In this document: positions 1 through 9,222 of the stretch, in pieces
How positions within the stretch are numbered: the stretch's first letter is position 1
How the letters are laid out: each line of letters opens with the position of its first letter
DNA from: an uncultured Planctomycetota bacterium
Lineage (GTDB): Bacteria > Planctomycetota > Planctomycetia > Isosphaerales > Isosphaeraceae
DNA: 64,000 nucleotides
Assembly: GCA_963823665.1 (NCBI GenBank)
Contig: CAWGMQ010000008.1
Span: 1,408,001-1,472,000 of the forward strand
Direction: 5' to 3'
Translations under genes and position numbers: made by a program
Notes under the pieces: generated by a model
The model's input: the letters and a program-made list of their open reading frames with translations, nothing else
What the model was told of the DNA's origin: nothing
Database searches by the model: none

Positions 1-500
1 CATCGCGGCGGACTGCGCATGCCGTCACAACGCGATCGAATGGAGCAGACTTGTCCGCAGAGGACGCCGATTGGCACAGATGGGAACATCGCTCAAGGCA
101 GAGCAAGACTTTTAACCACGAATCACACGAATCACACGAATAGGAAGGTTTCGAGGGAGCTTGCTCGGGGTACCGTCGCCGAAACTCCCGGTCGGGCTTT
201 CGGGGGGACCTGCTGTGATCGCGGCGGTCTGCGCATGCCGTCACAACGCGATCGAATGGAGCAGACTTGTCCGCAGAGGGCGCCGATTGGCACAGATGGG
301 AACATCGCTCAAGGCAGAGCAAGACTTTTGACCACGAATCACACGAATAGGAAGGTTGTGAGGGAGCTTGCTCGGGGTGCCGTCGCCGAAACTCCCGGTC
401 GGGCTGTCGGGGGAGCCTGGTGTCATCGCGGCGGACTGCGCATGCCGTCACAACGCGATCGAATGGAGCAGACTTGTCCGCAGAGGACACCGATTGACGC
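1..500. repeat. Tandem repeat of ~207-216 bp units (about 2.4 copies, may extend left of the window) built from REP-like modules
   Basis: atcgcggcgg(a/t)ctgcgcatgccgtcacaacgcgatcgaatggagcagacttgtccgcagagg recurs at about 2, 218 and 425. The units differ by one 9-bp cacgaatca copy and a few substitutions. Confidence 0.9.
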
Positions 501-552
501 AGATAAAGTCGCAGCGGAGTTCGAATTGCCCATTCCCTTTGGAGGAACAACC

Positions 553-897
553 ATGAATTCTGATTCCCCTGACAGCGACCGGACGCCCCAGGCCGCCGCC
601 CCGAACGGCCGGCCGGAGAGACACATGATCTGGTACACCTGCGATGACGGAGGTGAAGGGCTCACGACCTACACCTACGAGATCGGCGAGGAACCCTGGC
701 AATTTACCTTCACGCACGACGCGGCCACGGGCGTCTACGTCCTGGCCAAGCCCGACGGCACCACCGAGCAATTCCGTGACAACCCGGCGCGGCACCTGGT
801 GGTCGAGCGAGATCCCGTGACCGGCGAGCTGCGACCGGTCGTCAAGCGCGGCCAGCCAACGTACATCTACCTGTGCCGCGAGCAACGCGAGCCGTGA
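553..897 (+). CDS. Hypothetical protein (114 aa)
   Basis: GGAGG RBS at 541 and ATG at 553. High-GC3 codon use starts here. The upstream part of ORF 19..897 is just the translated tandem repeat. Confidence 0.6.
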   Translation: MNSDSPDSDRTPQAAAPNGRPERHMIWYTCDDGGEGLTTYTYEIGEEPWQFTFTHDAATGVYVLAKPDGTTEQFRDNPARHLVVERDPVTGELRPVVKRGQPTYIYLCREQREP

Positions 898-1715
898 CAA
901 CGCACGAAAACAGCGTTCAGCGCAGGCACCAACGGGATTACAAACAGATGAGCCAACCGCCCGGAATCGTCGACCGGTACCTTGACTTGATGCAAGAAGT
1001 TCTCATCAACGCGATCTATCAAGATCGGGCGGTTGACCCGTGGTCGCAGCCGGTCTTCGACGTTCGCAAACGCGACTTTGGCCTGGATTGGCCGCAACAG
1101 GCCCTTACGATGATCGGCCGCATCCGCCTGCGATCGCTACGGGACTGCTGCGAGCTTGTCTTGCGAGAGCGAATCCCGGGAGATTTCGTCGAGACCGGAA
1201 TCTGGCGCGGCGGGGCGTGCATCATGATGGCCGGCGTGCTGGCGGCTTATGACGAGCGGGAGCGCGAGGTTTGGGGATTTGATTCGTTTGAGGGATTGCC
1301 GCCGCCGAATGCGGAGCTTTATCCATGTGATCGAGGCGATCAGCTTTATCGGTTTCCGCAGTTGGCGGTGAGCTTGGAAGAAGTGAGGGAGAACTTTAGG
1401 CGGGTGGGGCTTTGGAGTGATCAAGTTCGGCTCGTCAAAGGCTGGTTCAAGGATACGGTGCCAACCGCGCCGATTGAGCGCATCGCGATTCTTCGGCTCG
1501 ATGGGGATTTGTATGAGTCGACCATTCAGGTTCTTGACGGGTTTTATCCGAGGCTTTCGGCTGGGGGGTTTTGCATTGTTGATGATTATGGGGCCATGCT
1601 GAGCTGCCGGGCGGCGGTCGAGGATTTCAGGCGGGACCACGGAGTGAGTGAGCCAATCGTGGATATTGATGGGAAGGGTGTGTTGTGGAGGAAGGCACGG
1701 AGAGCCGCAGAGTGA
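894..1715 (+). CDS. TylF/MycF/NovP-family O-methyltransferase
   Basis: Motifs ALTMIG, PGDFVETGIWRGG, FDSFEGLP, GWFKDT, LRLDGDLYEST, IVDDYG. GTG start overlaps the upstream stop (GTGA); alternative ATG at 948. Confidence 0.92.
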   Translation: MTTHENSVQRRHQRDYKQMSQPPGIVDRYLDLMQEVLINAIYQDRAVDPWSQPVFDVRKRDFGLDWPQQALTMIGRIRLRSLRDCCELVLRERIPGDFVETGIWRGGACIMMAGVLAAYDEREREVWGFDSFEGLPPPNAELYPCDRGDQLYRFPQLAVSLEEVRENFRRVGLWSDQVRLVKGWFKDTVPTAPIERIAILRLDGDLYESTIQVLDGFYPRLSAGGFCIVDDYGAMLSCRAAVEDFRRDHGVSEPIVDIDGKGVLWRKARRAAE

Positions 1716-1770
1716 TCAAAAGGGGGTCGCGGAGCCGACTCGGTTATATTGCTCTCTTTTCGCTTTCCTC

Positions 1771-1860
1771 ATTCGTGTGATTCGTTAGATTCGTGGTTCA
1801 ACTTCCCCCCGTCATGTCGCAGAAGAGTCTCGACCACGAATCACACGAATTACACGAATC
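1771..1860. repeat. Inverted pair of accacgaatcacacgaat-type REP-like elements
   Basis: attcgtgtgattcgttagattcgtggt (1771-1797) faces accacgaatcacacgaattacacgaat (1833-1859). The same motif occurs at about 115, about 330 and 54155. Confidence 0.75.
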
Positions 1861-2161
1861 GGAAATGTGGGTCAGGGATCTTGAAATCCCAGACCGCGAG
1901 GTTCTCCGGGAGTAGATTTCTGTTTCTTGTCCGAACAGTGATTCCCAACCTTCACTCATGTCTGATCGGATCTGCGGCCATCCGCGTCGATCAGCGGACC
2001 ATAATTCTGGGCCGGTGTTTTTTCGCACGCGATCCGGTCCGCAGTGGCGGCCCCTACGACGAATGCGTTGCTCGCTTTGCATTCGCTCCTTTTCGGTTCC
2101 GTGTCGTTGAAAATGTTCGGTGGTTCAAAGGCCTTGATCTCTTTTCACCTGGGGTCCAGCC

Positions 2162-4417
2162 ATGAGCACGACCGCTGTCGGCGGACTTTCGTCTGTGATT
2201 ATTCCATGCTGGAATCAACTTCAGTTTACTCGGAAGTGCATCGGTGCGCTCTTTCGGCAGACTGGGCCGAACTGGGAGTTGATCGTCGTCAACAATGGGT
2301 CGAGCGATGGGACTGGGGATTATCTGGGTGGGGTTCAGGATGTTTCGCCTGTGCCCGTTACCGTCGTTGCCAATGGCACAAATCGTGGGTTTCCTGCGGC
2401 GGTTAACCAGGGGCTTCAGTATGCGCGGGGGGAGTACTTGGTGTTGCTCAATAACGATGTGGTCGTGACGGATGGATGGCTCGATCAACTGATTGCGCTG
2501 GCCGGTCCATCGGCGGTCGCGAATCCTGAAGAACCCGATCCGAAATCCGAAATCCACAAGTCGAAATCCGAAATCCTAAGTTCGAAATCCGAAATGAAGA
2601 TTGGATTGGTTGGGCCGATGTCGAATTATGCGGCGCCGCCGCAGTTGGTTGAGCATGTACCTTACCGGGATCTGGAGGAGATGAAGGTGTTTGCCCGGCG
2701 CTGGCGCGAGGGGCATCGGGGCACGTGGTTTACTGTGCGGAAGCTGTCGGGGTTTTGCTTGATGATGAAACGGGCCGTTTATGACGCCATCGGGGGGCTT
2801 GATGAACGGTTTGGGCTCGGGTTCTTTGATGACGACGACCTGGCCGAACGGGCAAGGCGGGCAGGCTTTGCCCTGGCGGTGGCACATGACCTGTTCGTGC
2901 ACCACTATGGCAGCCGGACGTTTGTTGGCAACGGCGTCGATGCCGAGCGCGTGCTCAATGAGAATGCGGCGAGGTTCGCGGCGAAATGGGGGGACGCGGT
3001 TCCGCAGGGGCGGAGGGTGGCGCTCGAGCCGTTTGCAGGTAGTCCGCGGACGGCGAAGCGAAGCCATGAACAGACGAGTTTCTGTCCGCAGAGAACGCAG
3101 ATTTGCGCAGGTGAAAGCCGGGAAGATCAGGGACGAGTAAGAAATGGAGAGGCCGCGGCCACACCTCCAACAAAGATAATTTCTCCGCTTGATCTGCGCT
3201 CCTCTGCGTCATCTGCGGACCAACCTTTTCAATCTGGTCCCATTCCCTCTTCGACCCGTGCCGCTGTCTCGCTCACCATGATCGTGCGGGACGAGGAAAA
3301 AAACATCGGCCGATGCCTGGAATCGGTGCGCGGGGTGTTTGATGAGATTGTTGTGCTCGATACCGGGAGTAAGGATCGCACGCTTGAGATAGCGCGATCG
3401 TTCGGGGCTCGGGTGTTTGATTTCGTATGGGTTGATGATTTTGGGGCTGCTCGGAATGCGGCGCTGGCTCGGGCACGAGGCGATTACGCGTTTTGGCTTG
3501 ATGCGGATGATTTGATTGAGCCTACGGAGCGCGCGAAGCTGGAGGAGTTGATTGGGGGCTTGCGGGGCGACCATTCGTGTGCGGGGAGCACGCAAAAGGG
3601 GACAGGCACCGGCGTCCTTGGCCGGAGCCAGTCCCCGTTTGCTCCCGCCTTTGTCGTGCGGTGTGCGTGTGACCCGGGGCCTGACGGGGCGGGGGGAGAC
3701 ACGGTCGTTGATCACATCCGATTGTTCCCGCTGATTGAAGGCGTGCGGTGGACATATCGGGTTCATGAGCAGATTCTGCCGGCGCTGAAGCGCGCCGGGG
3801 TGCCGGTGGAGTGGACGGATATCACGGTGCGGCATACGGGGTACTCTGATAGGGCGCTCCGATTCAGGAAGCTTGAGCGTGATTGCCGCATTCTGCGCGA
3901 GGAGCTGGCGGAACGGCCGGATGATGCGTTTACGTTGTTCAATCTGGGATCGATCGCGATTGAACGGGCGGAGTGGAATGAGGCGCTGGGGTATTTCAAG
4001 CGAAGCCTGGCGGGGTCGGCGCCGAGTGATTCGATCGTTCGTAAGCTGTATGCGAACATTGCGCGGTCTTATCAGATGCTCCGGGATTATCCGGCGGCTC
4101 TCGCGAGCTGCGCCCAGGGTCTTTCGCTCGATGCCGAGGATGCGGAGCTGTGGTTCCGGAAGGCGGTTGTGCATCGGAGTCGTGGCGATTCGGGTGAGGC
4201 CGAACAATGTTGGCGGCGGATCTTGACGCTCTCGCGGCCGCGGAAGTTTGCGAGTTTGGATCAGGGGATTTATGGGCATCTCACGCGGCGGAATCTGGCG
4301 GTGGTGGCGATGGAACGGGGTGATCTTGAGGAGGCGCGGGGACAGTGGCGGGCGGTGCTGGAGGAGTGCCCGGGGGACAGGGAGGCGATTGCGCGGCTGG
4401 CCGATTTTGGATCGTAG
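2162..4417 (+). CDS. Glycosyltransferase with two GT2 domains and C-terminal TPR repeats
   Basis: First GT2: SVIIPCWNQ..VVNNGSSDGT, LLNNDVVV, FDDDDL. Second GT2: SLTMIVRDEE..DTGSKD, WLDADD, RVHEQ. Helical TPR-like tail (FTLFNLG..ALGYF). Confidence 0.9.
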   Translation: MSTTAVGGLSSVIIPCWNQLQFTRKCIGALFRQTGPNWELIVVNNGSSDGTGDYLGGVQDVSPVPVTVVANGTNRGFPAAVNQGLQYARGEYLVLLNNDVVVTDGWLDQLIALAGPSAVANPEEPDPKSEIHKSKSEILSSKSEMKIGLVGPMSNYAAPPQLVEHVPYRDLEEMKVFARRWREGHRGTWFTVRKLSGFCLMMKRAVYDAIGGLDERFGLGFFDDDDLAERARRAGFALAVAHDLFVHHYGSRTFVGNGVDAERVLNENAARFAAKWGDAVPQGRRVALEPFAGSPRTAKRSHEQTSFCPQRTQICAGESREDQGRVRNGEAAATPPTKIISPLDLRSSASSADQPFQSGPIPSSTRAAVSLTMIVRDEEKNIGRCLESVRGVFDEIVVLDTGSKDRTLEIARSFGARVFDFVWVDDFGAARNAALARARGDYAFWLDADDLIEPTERAKLEELIGGLRGDHSCAGSTQKGTGTGVLGRSQSPFAPAFVVRCACDPGPDGAGGDTVVDHIRLFPLIEGVRWTYRVHEQILPALKRAGVPVEWTDITVRHTGYSDRALRFRKLERDCRILREELAERPDDAFTLFNLGSIAIERAEWNEALGYFKRSLAGSAPSDSIVRKLYANIARSYQMLRDYPAALASCAQGLSLDAEDAELWFRKAVVHRSRGDSGEAEQCWRRILTLSRPRKFASLDQGIYGHLTRRNLAVVAMERGDLEEARGQWRAVLEECPGDREAIARLADFGS

Positions 4418-4795
4418 GGTTCGCCTTTGCGGGATGGCTCACGCGTGCCTGCCGCCGACGGGACACGAGCGCCGGGAGATGAGCAAGCGATCCCGTTGAC
4501 CACGCCCGGCAAGTGCGTGGTTCGTATGGGACGAACGTCCTCCAGCCTCGGTCGTCAGCCCGATCTTCTTTCTGAGCGGGCGGGTGTGGTGCCGGATCGC
4601 ACTGACGTGCGAGGTTGGGGGTTCCCCGTCCGAACCACGGTCTCACGACCGTGGTCACGTGCCTGGGCGCCGCGAGCTCGAACGCGGTGGGAGTGGGTCT
4701 ACGCACGCGTTCGGTCCGCAATAGCGAACCCTACATGGTTCTTGCCGCTCGTCGCTCTGATGGGGGCGGATGGTCCGCAATGGCGGGCCCTACAT
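4414..4795. repeat. Intergenic cluster of ggtccgcaat(a/g)gcg..ccctac REP-like elements
   Basis: Copies at about 4713-4733 and 4772-4793, an inverted degenerate copy at about 4414, and another at about 2036-2057. Confidence 0.6.
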
Positions 4796-4826
4796 GTTTA
4801 TGCGTTCTTCTCTGGGAGGGCTCGAC

Positions 4827-6053
4827 ATGGGTCATCGCCTTTTGTTTGCGTCCATTCACAGCTACCTCGACCCGTCCAGCGGTGCGGCGCTCGCCACGCG
4901 CGAACTGCTCGAATTGCTGGCGGGGCGCGGGTGGGATTGCCGCGCGCTTACTTGCGCTGTGCTTGACTATCAGAATGAGACGCCCATTGAGAATGTTCTG
5001 AGTTCGATCGAGCGGCCGGGTTCGCGCGTGGGGGCGGCGCTGAGCCTTGGGGGCGAGGCCGAGGTCTTCGATCTCGAAGTTGACGGCGTGCGCGTCACAC
5101 TCTTGCCCACATCGTCCAGTCGCGCCGATAAGGCACCCAATCCGCGGGAGGGGGCCATGTACATCGACGTGGCGGAGCAGGTGCTCGATCGATTTCGGCC
5201 GGAGGTTCTGCTCACGTATGGCGGGCATCCGGTCAGCCGCTCTCTGATGCTGAAGGCCAGGGCCAAAGGCACCGCGGTCGTTTTCCACCTGCACAACTTC
5301 GGCTATAACGATCGGCGCGGGTTCGAGGACGTCGATGCCATCATCTTTCCGTCGGAGTATTCGCGGCGGCTTTACTCGCGGCGAGTTGGAATCGACGGAG
5401 TTGTTATTCCCGACCCGATCCGGCTCGATAGGGTTATTGCCGAAAACCGCAAGCCGCAATACGTGACGTTCATCAACCCGCAGCCTGAGAAAGGAGCCGC
5501 CGTCTTTGCGCGGATTGCGCTCGAGCTCGGTCGACGGCGGCCGGATATCCCGCTCCTGGTCGTTGAAGGCCGCGGTGCCGCGGACGGCCTGGCGGGCTTG
5601 CCGGTCGATCTCTCAGGGCTGACCAACCTGCACCGGATGGCCAATACGCCCGATCCGCGTGATTTCTATCGGGTGAGCAGGGTGGTGCTCATGCCGTCGC
5701 TCTGGCGTGAGTCGCTGGGGCGCGTGCCGATCGAGGCCATGGCGAACGGAATTCCCGTACTGGCGAGCGATCGCGGAGCGCTACCCGAGACACTGGGCGA
5801 TGCGGGATTCGTGTTCACGATCCCTGATCGGTGCACGCCAGCGAGCAGCGTGGTGCCGACTGCGCACGAAGTGGCGCCGTGGGTGGCTGTGATCGAGCGG
5901 TTGTGGGATGAAGCGGAATTTGAGGCGGAGCATCGGAGGCGGGCGCTGGCTGAGGCCAATCGCTGGGATGGGGACAAACTGGCGGAGCGGTATGAGGGGT
6001 TTTTCCGGTCGTTGTGTGGTGGGGGCGGTCGGTTGTCGGTCAGGATTTCGTGA
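4827..6053 (+). CDS. GT4 (GT-B) glycosyltransferase
   Basis: MGHRLLFAS start after GGAGG. FINPQPEKG and LMPSLWRESLGRVPIEAMANGIPVLASDRGALPE (E-x7-E GT4 motif). Confidence 0.9.
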   Translation: MGHRLLFASIHSYLDPSSGAALATRELLELLAGRGWDCRALTCAVLDYQNETPIENVLSSIERPGSRVGAALSLGGEAEVFDLEVDGVRVTLLPTSSSRADKAPNPREGAMYIDVAEQVLDRFRPEVLLTYGGHPVSRSLMLKARAKGTAVVFHLHNFGYNDRRGFEDVDAIIFPSEYSRRLYSRRVGIDGVVIPDPIRLDRVIAENRKPQYVTFINPQPEKGAAVFARIALELGRRRPDIPLLVVEGRGAADGLAGLPVDLSGLTNLHRMANTPDPRDFYRVSRVVLMPSLWRESLGRVPIEAMANGIPVLASDRGALPETLGDAGFVFTIPDRCTPASSVVPTAHEVAPWVAVIERLWDEAEFEAEHRRRALAEANRWDGDKLAERYEGFFRSLCGGGGRLSVRIS

Positions 6054-6704
6054 ATTGAATGAGCTCGCCCGGCGGTTTCCGTTCGGTTGCCGTGGATCGA
6101 GTTGTCGGCACTATGGTGACTGGCCGGGTCTTGTGACGAGTGCGACGGATGATTGACGCCGGTGGGTTCACATAGTCGGAGCCCGTTTTGATTCGACCGC
6201 GTGTTCACAATTAACAAAGAAATCGCGCAAAGCCGTATCTCGTGACGTTGCAGCCGTATCGATTGAGTGATTGCACTTTTTTTGGAGGCTTTTATTGCCG
6301 AAAACCGAAACCTGACGCATAATAATATTTATAAGAGGAGGGTCAGCGACCGCGCGACGCTGGCGCGAAAGGCGGCTCGCTCTGCTTTCCTACGTGCCCG
6401 TCTATCTCCACTCATCCTGAGAACAGCGGTCAATTTCACGCACAGAGTGACATCCAGTGCCGAAAAGTGCCATTAGCAAAGAGGCTGAGATTCGCTCCGA
6501 GACCCAGGCGGGCCTCACCGCTCCGCGGGATGCGCCTGGCCGCAGACGCGGCCCCCGGCATTATCCTGCGATGTTGGCTGTGTTCGGGTCTGAGAGAGAA
6601 AATGGCGCGGCTATGGCGTTGGGACGCCCGGGACGCGAGCGAGCGATGCAAAGCATTGGCGTGGGCTGGGATCCGTGAATCGAGTGAGACTGTTTTTGGG
6701 CAAA

Positions 6705-6733
6705 TTCGTCTCATTTCGTCTCATTTCGTCTCA
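6705..6733 (+). repeat. Decamer tandem repeat (ttcgtctcat) x3
   Basis: Seen directly. Its counterpart (tgggacgaaa)x3 is at 54251-54278 on the opposite strand. Confidence 0.85.
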
Positions 6734-7185
6734 CTATCGAATCCTTGCGAGAGCCGAGCATGACTCCGCCTGCGTTGAACGAGATTTCATCAAGCGACGA
6801 ACGAATCCCGATCGGCGCGTGCAGAGAGCGGGCGATTTACAGTAGTGTACGAATGCTTTACAGCCCTCCCAGGATTGCCACTTATTGCCATTTTTCGAAG
6901 GGTGCGGCGATCTCCTGGCGCGGATTGGCTGTTCTGTAAGTTCAATGAATATCATCGAATAGGCGCACAGCGCGGCATCTTTCGGCGGTCGCAAGAGCTT
7001 TTGGCACGCGCCACCAAAAATTGCCATCGCAATTCGCCGGAGCTGTTCACTATATTTTTCGGCCATTTTTTCACGCCAGCGGAAGCCAGATCGGCACTGT
7101 CTCGGGCGCGGTCCTCGCCGGGCGCAAGCCCGCCTCCGCCGCTTGCGGCGGCACCTTCCCCACAAGGCCGGGAGGAATGCAGGGG

Positions 7186-7298
7186 CCCCGTCGCGGAGCG
7201 ACGGCCGACAGTGGGGGGCGCAACGGAGAGGCCCCGTCGCGGAGCGACGGGCGACAATGGGGTGCGTCGGAGCGGGGAATCTCGTCGCGGAGCGACGG
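7186..7298. repeat. Three copies of palindromic cgtcgcggagcgacg REP-like element
   Basis: Copies start at about 7186, 7232 and 7281. Confidence 0.8.
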
Positions 7299-7705
7299 AC
7301 CAAAATGGGGCGGGGGTGGCCAATCCGATTCGAACGGGGCTGAATTTGGCCGAAAAAGGGGGGCTCCGGCACAAGTGCCGTCAGGCGTAAACATCAAAAA
7401 TGAAAAGAGATGGGTCAAAACTGCGTACAGGGGCCAAGTGATGCCGTCAGACGTAAGTCCAATCCCAGTAAGGCGCTGACGGCATGACGGCACTTTTGGG
7501 GGAGAGCGATCGTGTTGCAGGGGTAAGGTGGCGGGCAGCGGATAGCGGACGAGTGGGGCTGTGGGCATGGGTTTTCGCTCGCTGCGAGCCCTGAAATCGT
7601 CAGGCTGAAGCCTGACCTACATTGGCGTCGCTGCGTTCCCTTAATGCTTATGGATAAAGGCCCATCGTCAAATGTACAAAACGAACTCGCCTCAAGAATC
7701 AGGGC

Positions 7706-7800
7706 GCAGGACGGAGGGTGGAGGACGGACACTGAATCGCAGGGCGGAGGACGGAGGGCGGAGGGCGGAGGGCGGCTAGCGGAGGAGGGACGGCGGAAGG
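7706..7800 (+). repeat. Degenerate heptamer array (ggagggc/ggaggac)
   Basis: ggaggacggagggcggagggcggagggcgg, seen directly. Confidence 0.6.
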
Positions 7801-7847
7801 GTACACTCGGACGTTGTCGCCGAGCGCGCCGCAGAGCGGCACTGGGG

Positions 7848-7874
7848 CGTTCCGACGCGGAGCATCGGAACGAG
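7848..7874. repeat. REP-like palindrome cgttccgacgcggagc(a/g)tcggaacgag
   Basis: 26/27 match to the reverse complement of 47273-47299. Confidence 0.8.
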
Positions 7875-8352
7875 AGGGGCTTTGGATGCGACATCCTCGG
7901 CGTGGGAGGCGTCGTCATTCGCAAGTGTCGATGGGCTTGGGAGTTACTTCGAGTGACTCGGTGGTCTCAAAAACGTCGTCATTCGTAAGTCCGGTCGCTG
8001 CAAGGAGATGACGACGATGACGACGTTTTGGGGGGTCCGCGCGAGCTATGTGTGCGATTGGAGGACGAAGGCGAGCGCAGGTGATCCGAGACTTGGGACG
8101 TCGCCGGGCGGGGCGTTCGTTTCTGGCGACTGAAAAGGATCTGGAATTCTCTCGTCGGCGATTTCACCCGTCCACCCACAGGCGCAGAGGCTGACGCGTA
8201 CCGCGCACGGCTGGGAGCGATGCTCTTCTCTTGGCATGTCGACGGCGGCATAATCATCATCGGCGGCGGCGGGCGAGTGTGACGGATGGGCAAGGGATCG
8301 ATCGAGCTTGCCGCCGGAATCGAGCAGCTCGGCCCTGGCGGGTAAACGCGGG

Positions 8353-9189
8353 ATGGCTCAGCAATACGTCGTTCGATACGGGCGGATGCGCGTCCTGGGC
8401 GAATTTCGAAGCCTGACGGGTCTGGAACACGGTCGGGGTGAGCAAGTCGTGATTCGCACGGAGCGTGGAACCGAGCTTGGCGAGGTTCTTTGCCCGGTGT
8501 CTGGTCGCACCACTTCCTATATGGCCGGTGCACCTCGGGGCGAGATCCTGCGCGGCGCCACTGCGGAAGACCGTCACCGGGAAGCGGAGATTGACAGCGG
8601 GCGAGACTCGGCATTCGACACGTGCCGGGAGCTGGTCGGCAAGCGGCGTCTCCAGATGAAGCTGGTTGACGTCGAGATGATTCACGGTGGCGAGCGAGTC
8701 GTGTTCTTCTACCTCGCCGAGCAGCGAGTTGACTTTCGCGAGCTGGTCAAGGATCTGGCGCACGTTCTCAAAACGCGGATCGAGATGCGGCAGATCGGCG
8801 TGCGCGATGAAGCCAAGCTGCTGGCGGATTACGGCGATTGCGGTAAGCCTGTGTGCTGCAACACGCATTTGTCGGAGATGCCGCCGGTCTCGATGAAAAT
8901 GGCCAAGTTGCAGAAAACGACGCTCGACCCGGCGAAGATCTCCGGCCGCTGCGGCCGGCTGAAGTGCTGCCTGCGTTACGAGTACGACACATACCGCTCG
9001 CTGGAAGGCGACTTGCCGAGTGTTGGCTCGCGGGTGGTCACAGCCAAGGGAGAAGGGCGGGTTGTGGCCCAGGAGATTCTTGCCCAGAGGCTGGTTCTCG
9101 AGCTCGACGACCACCGGCGAATCATTGTCGGACGCGACGATGTTCAAGCGGACGATCCCCGCAACGAAGTTCATTCTGGATCGAGCTGA
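8353..9189 (+). CDS. PSP1-domain / RicT (YaaT)-family protein
   Basis: RVDFRELVKDLA, RIEMRQIGVRDEAKLL, CGKPVCC, KISGRCGRLKCCLRYE. Confidence 0.93.
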   Translation: MAQQYVVRYGRMRVLGEFRSLTGLEHGRGEQVVIRTERGTELGEVLCPVSGRTTSYMAGAPRGEILRGATAEDRHREAEIDSGRDSAFDTCRELVGKRRLQMKLVDVEMIHGGERVVFFYLAEQRVDFRELVKDLAHVLKTRIEMRQIGVRDEAKLLADYGDCGKPVCCNTHLSEMPPVSMKMAKLQKTTLDPAKISGRCGRLKCCLRYEYDTYRSLEGDLPSVGSRVVTAKGEGRVVAQEILAQRLVLELDDHRRIIVGRDDVQADDPRNEVHSGSS

Positions 9190-9222
9190 ACGAGCTTCGA
9201 AAAGGCAAAGGGCATCACGTTG

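Larger units (their letters stand above)
6290..7523 (+). mobile_element. Non-coding, gene-less relative of the 51.5-54.7 kb helicase-bearing element
   Basis: Colinear shared motifs with the reverse complement of 51471-54720, including a ~175-bp homologous block with four GCCGTCA/TGACGGC heptamers. Confidence 0.5.

Noticed and set aside
1..500. CRISPR array
   Set aside because: Whole ~210-bp units repeat; there are no short repeats separated by unique spacers and no cas genes.
19..552. N-terminal 178 aa of ORF 19..897 as real protein
   Set aside because: It is the translation of the REP-built tandem repeat. A good RBS and ATG lie at 541-553.
6060..8340. Numerous overlapping ORFs in both directions
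   Set aside because: R/A/P/G-rich, no motifs, and they overlap REP and heptamer arrays; typical GC-rich spurious ORFs.
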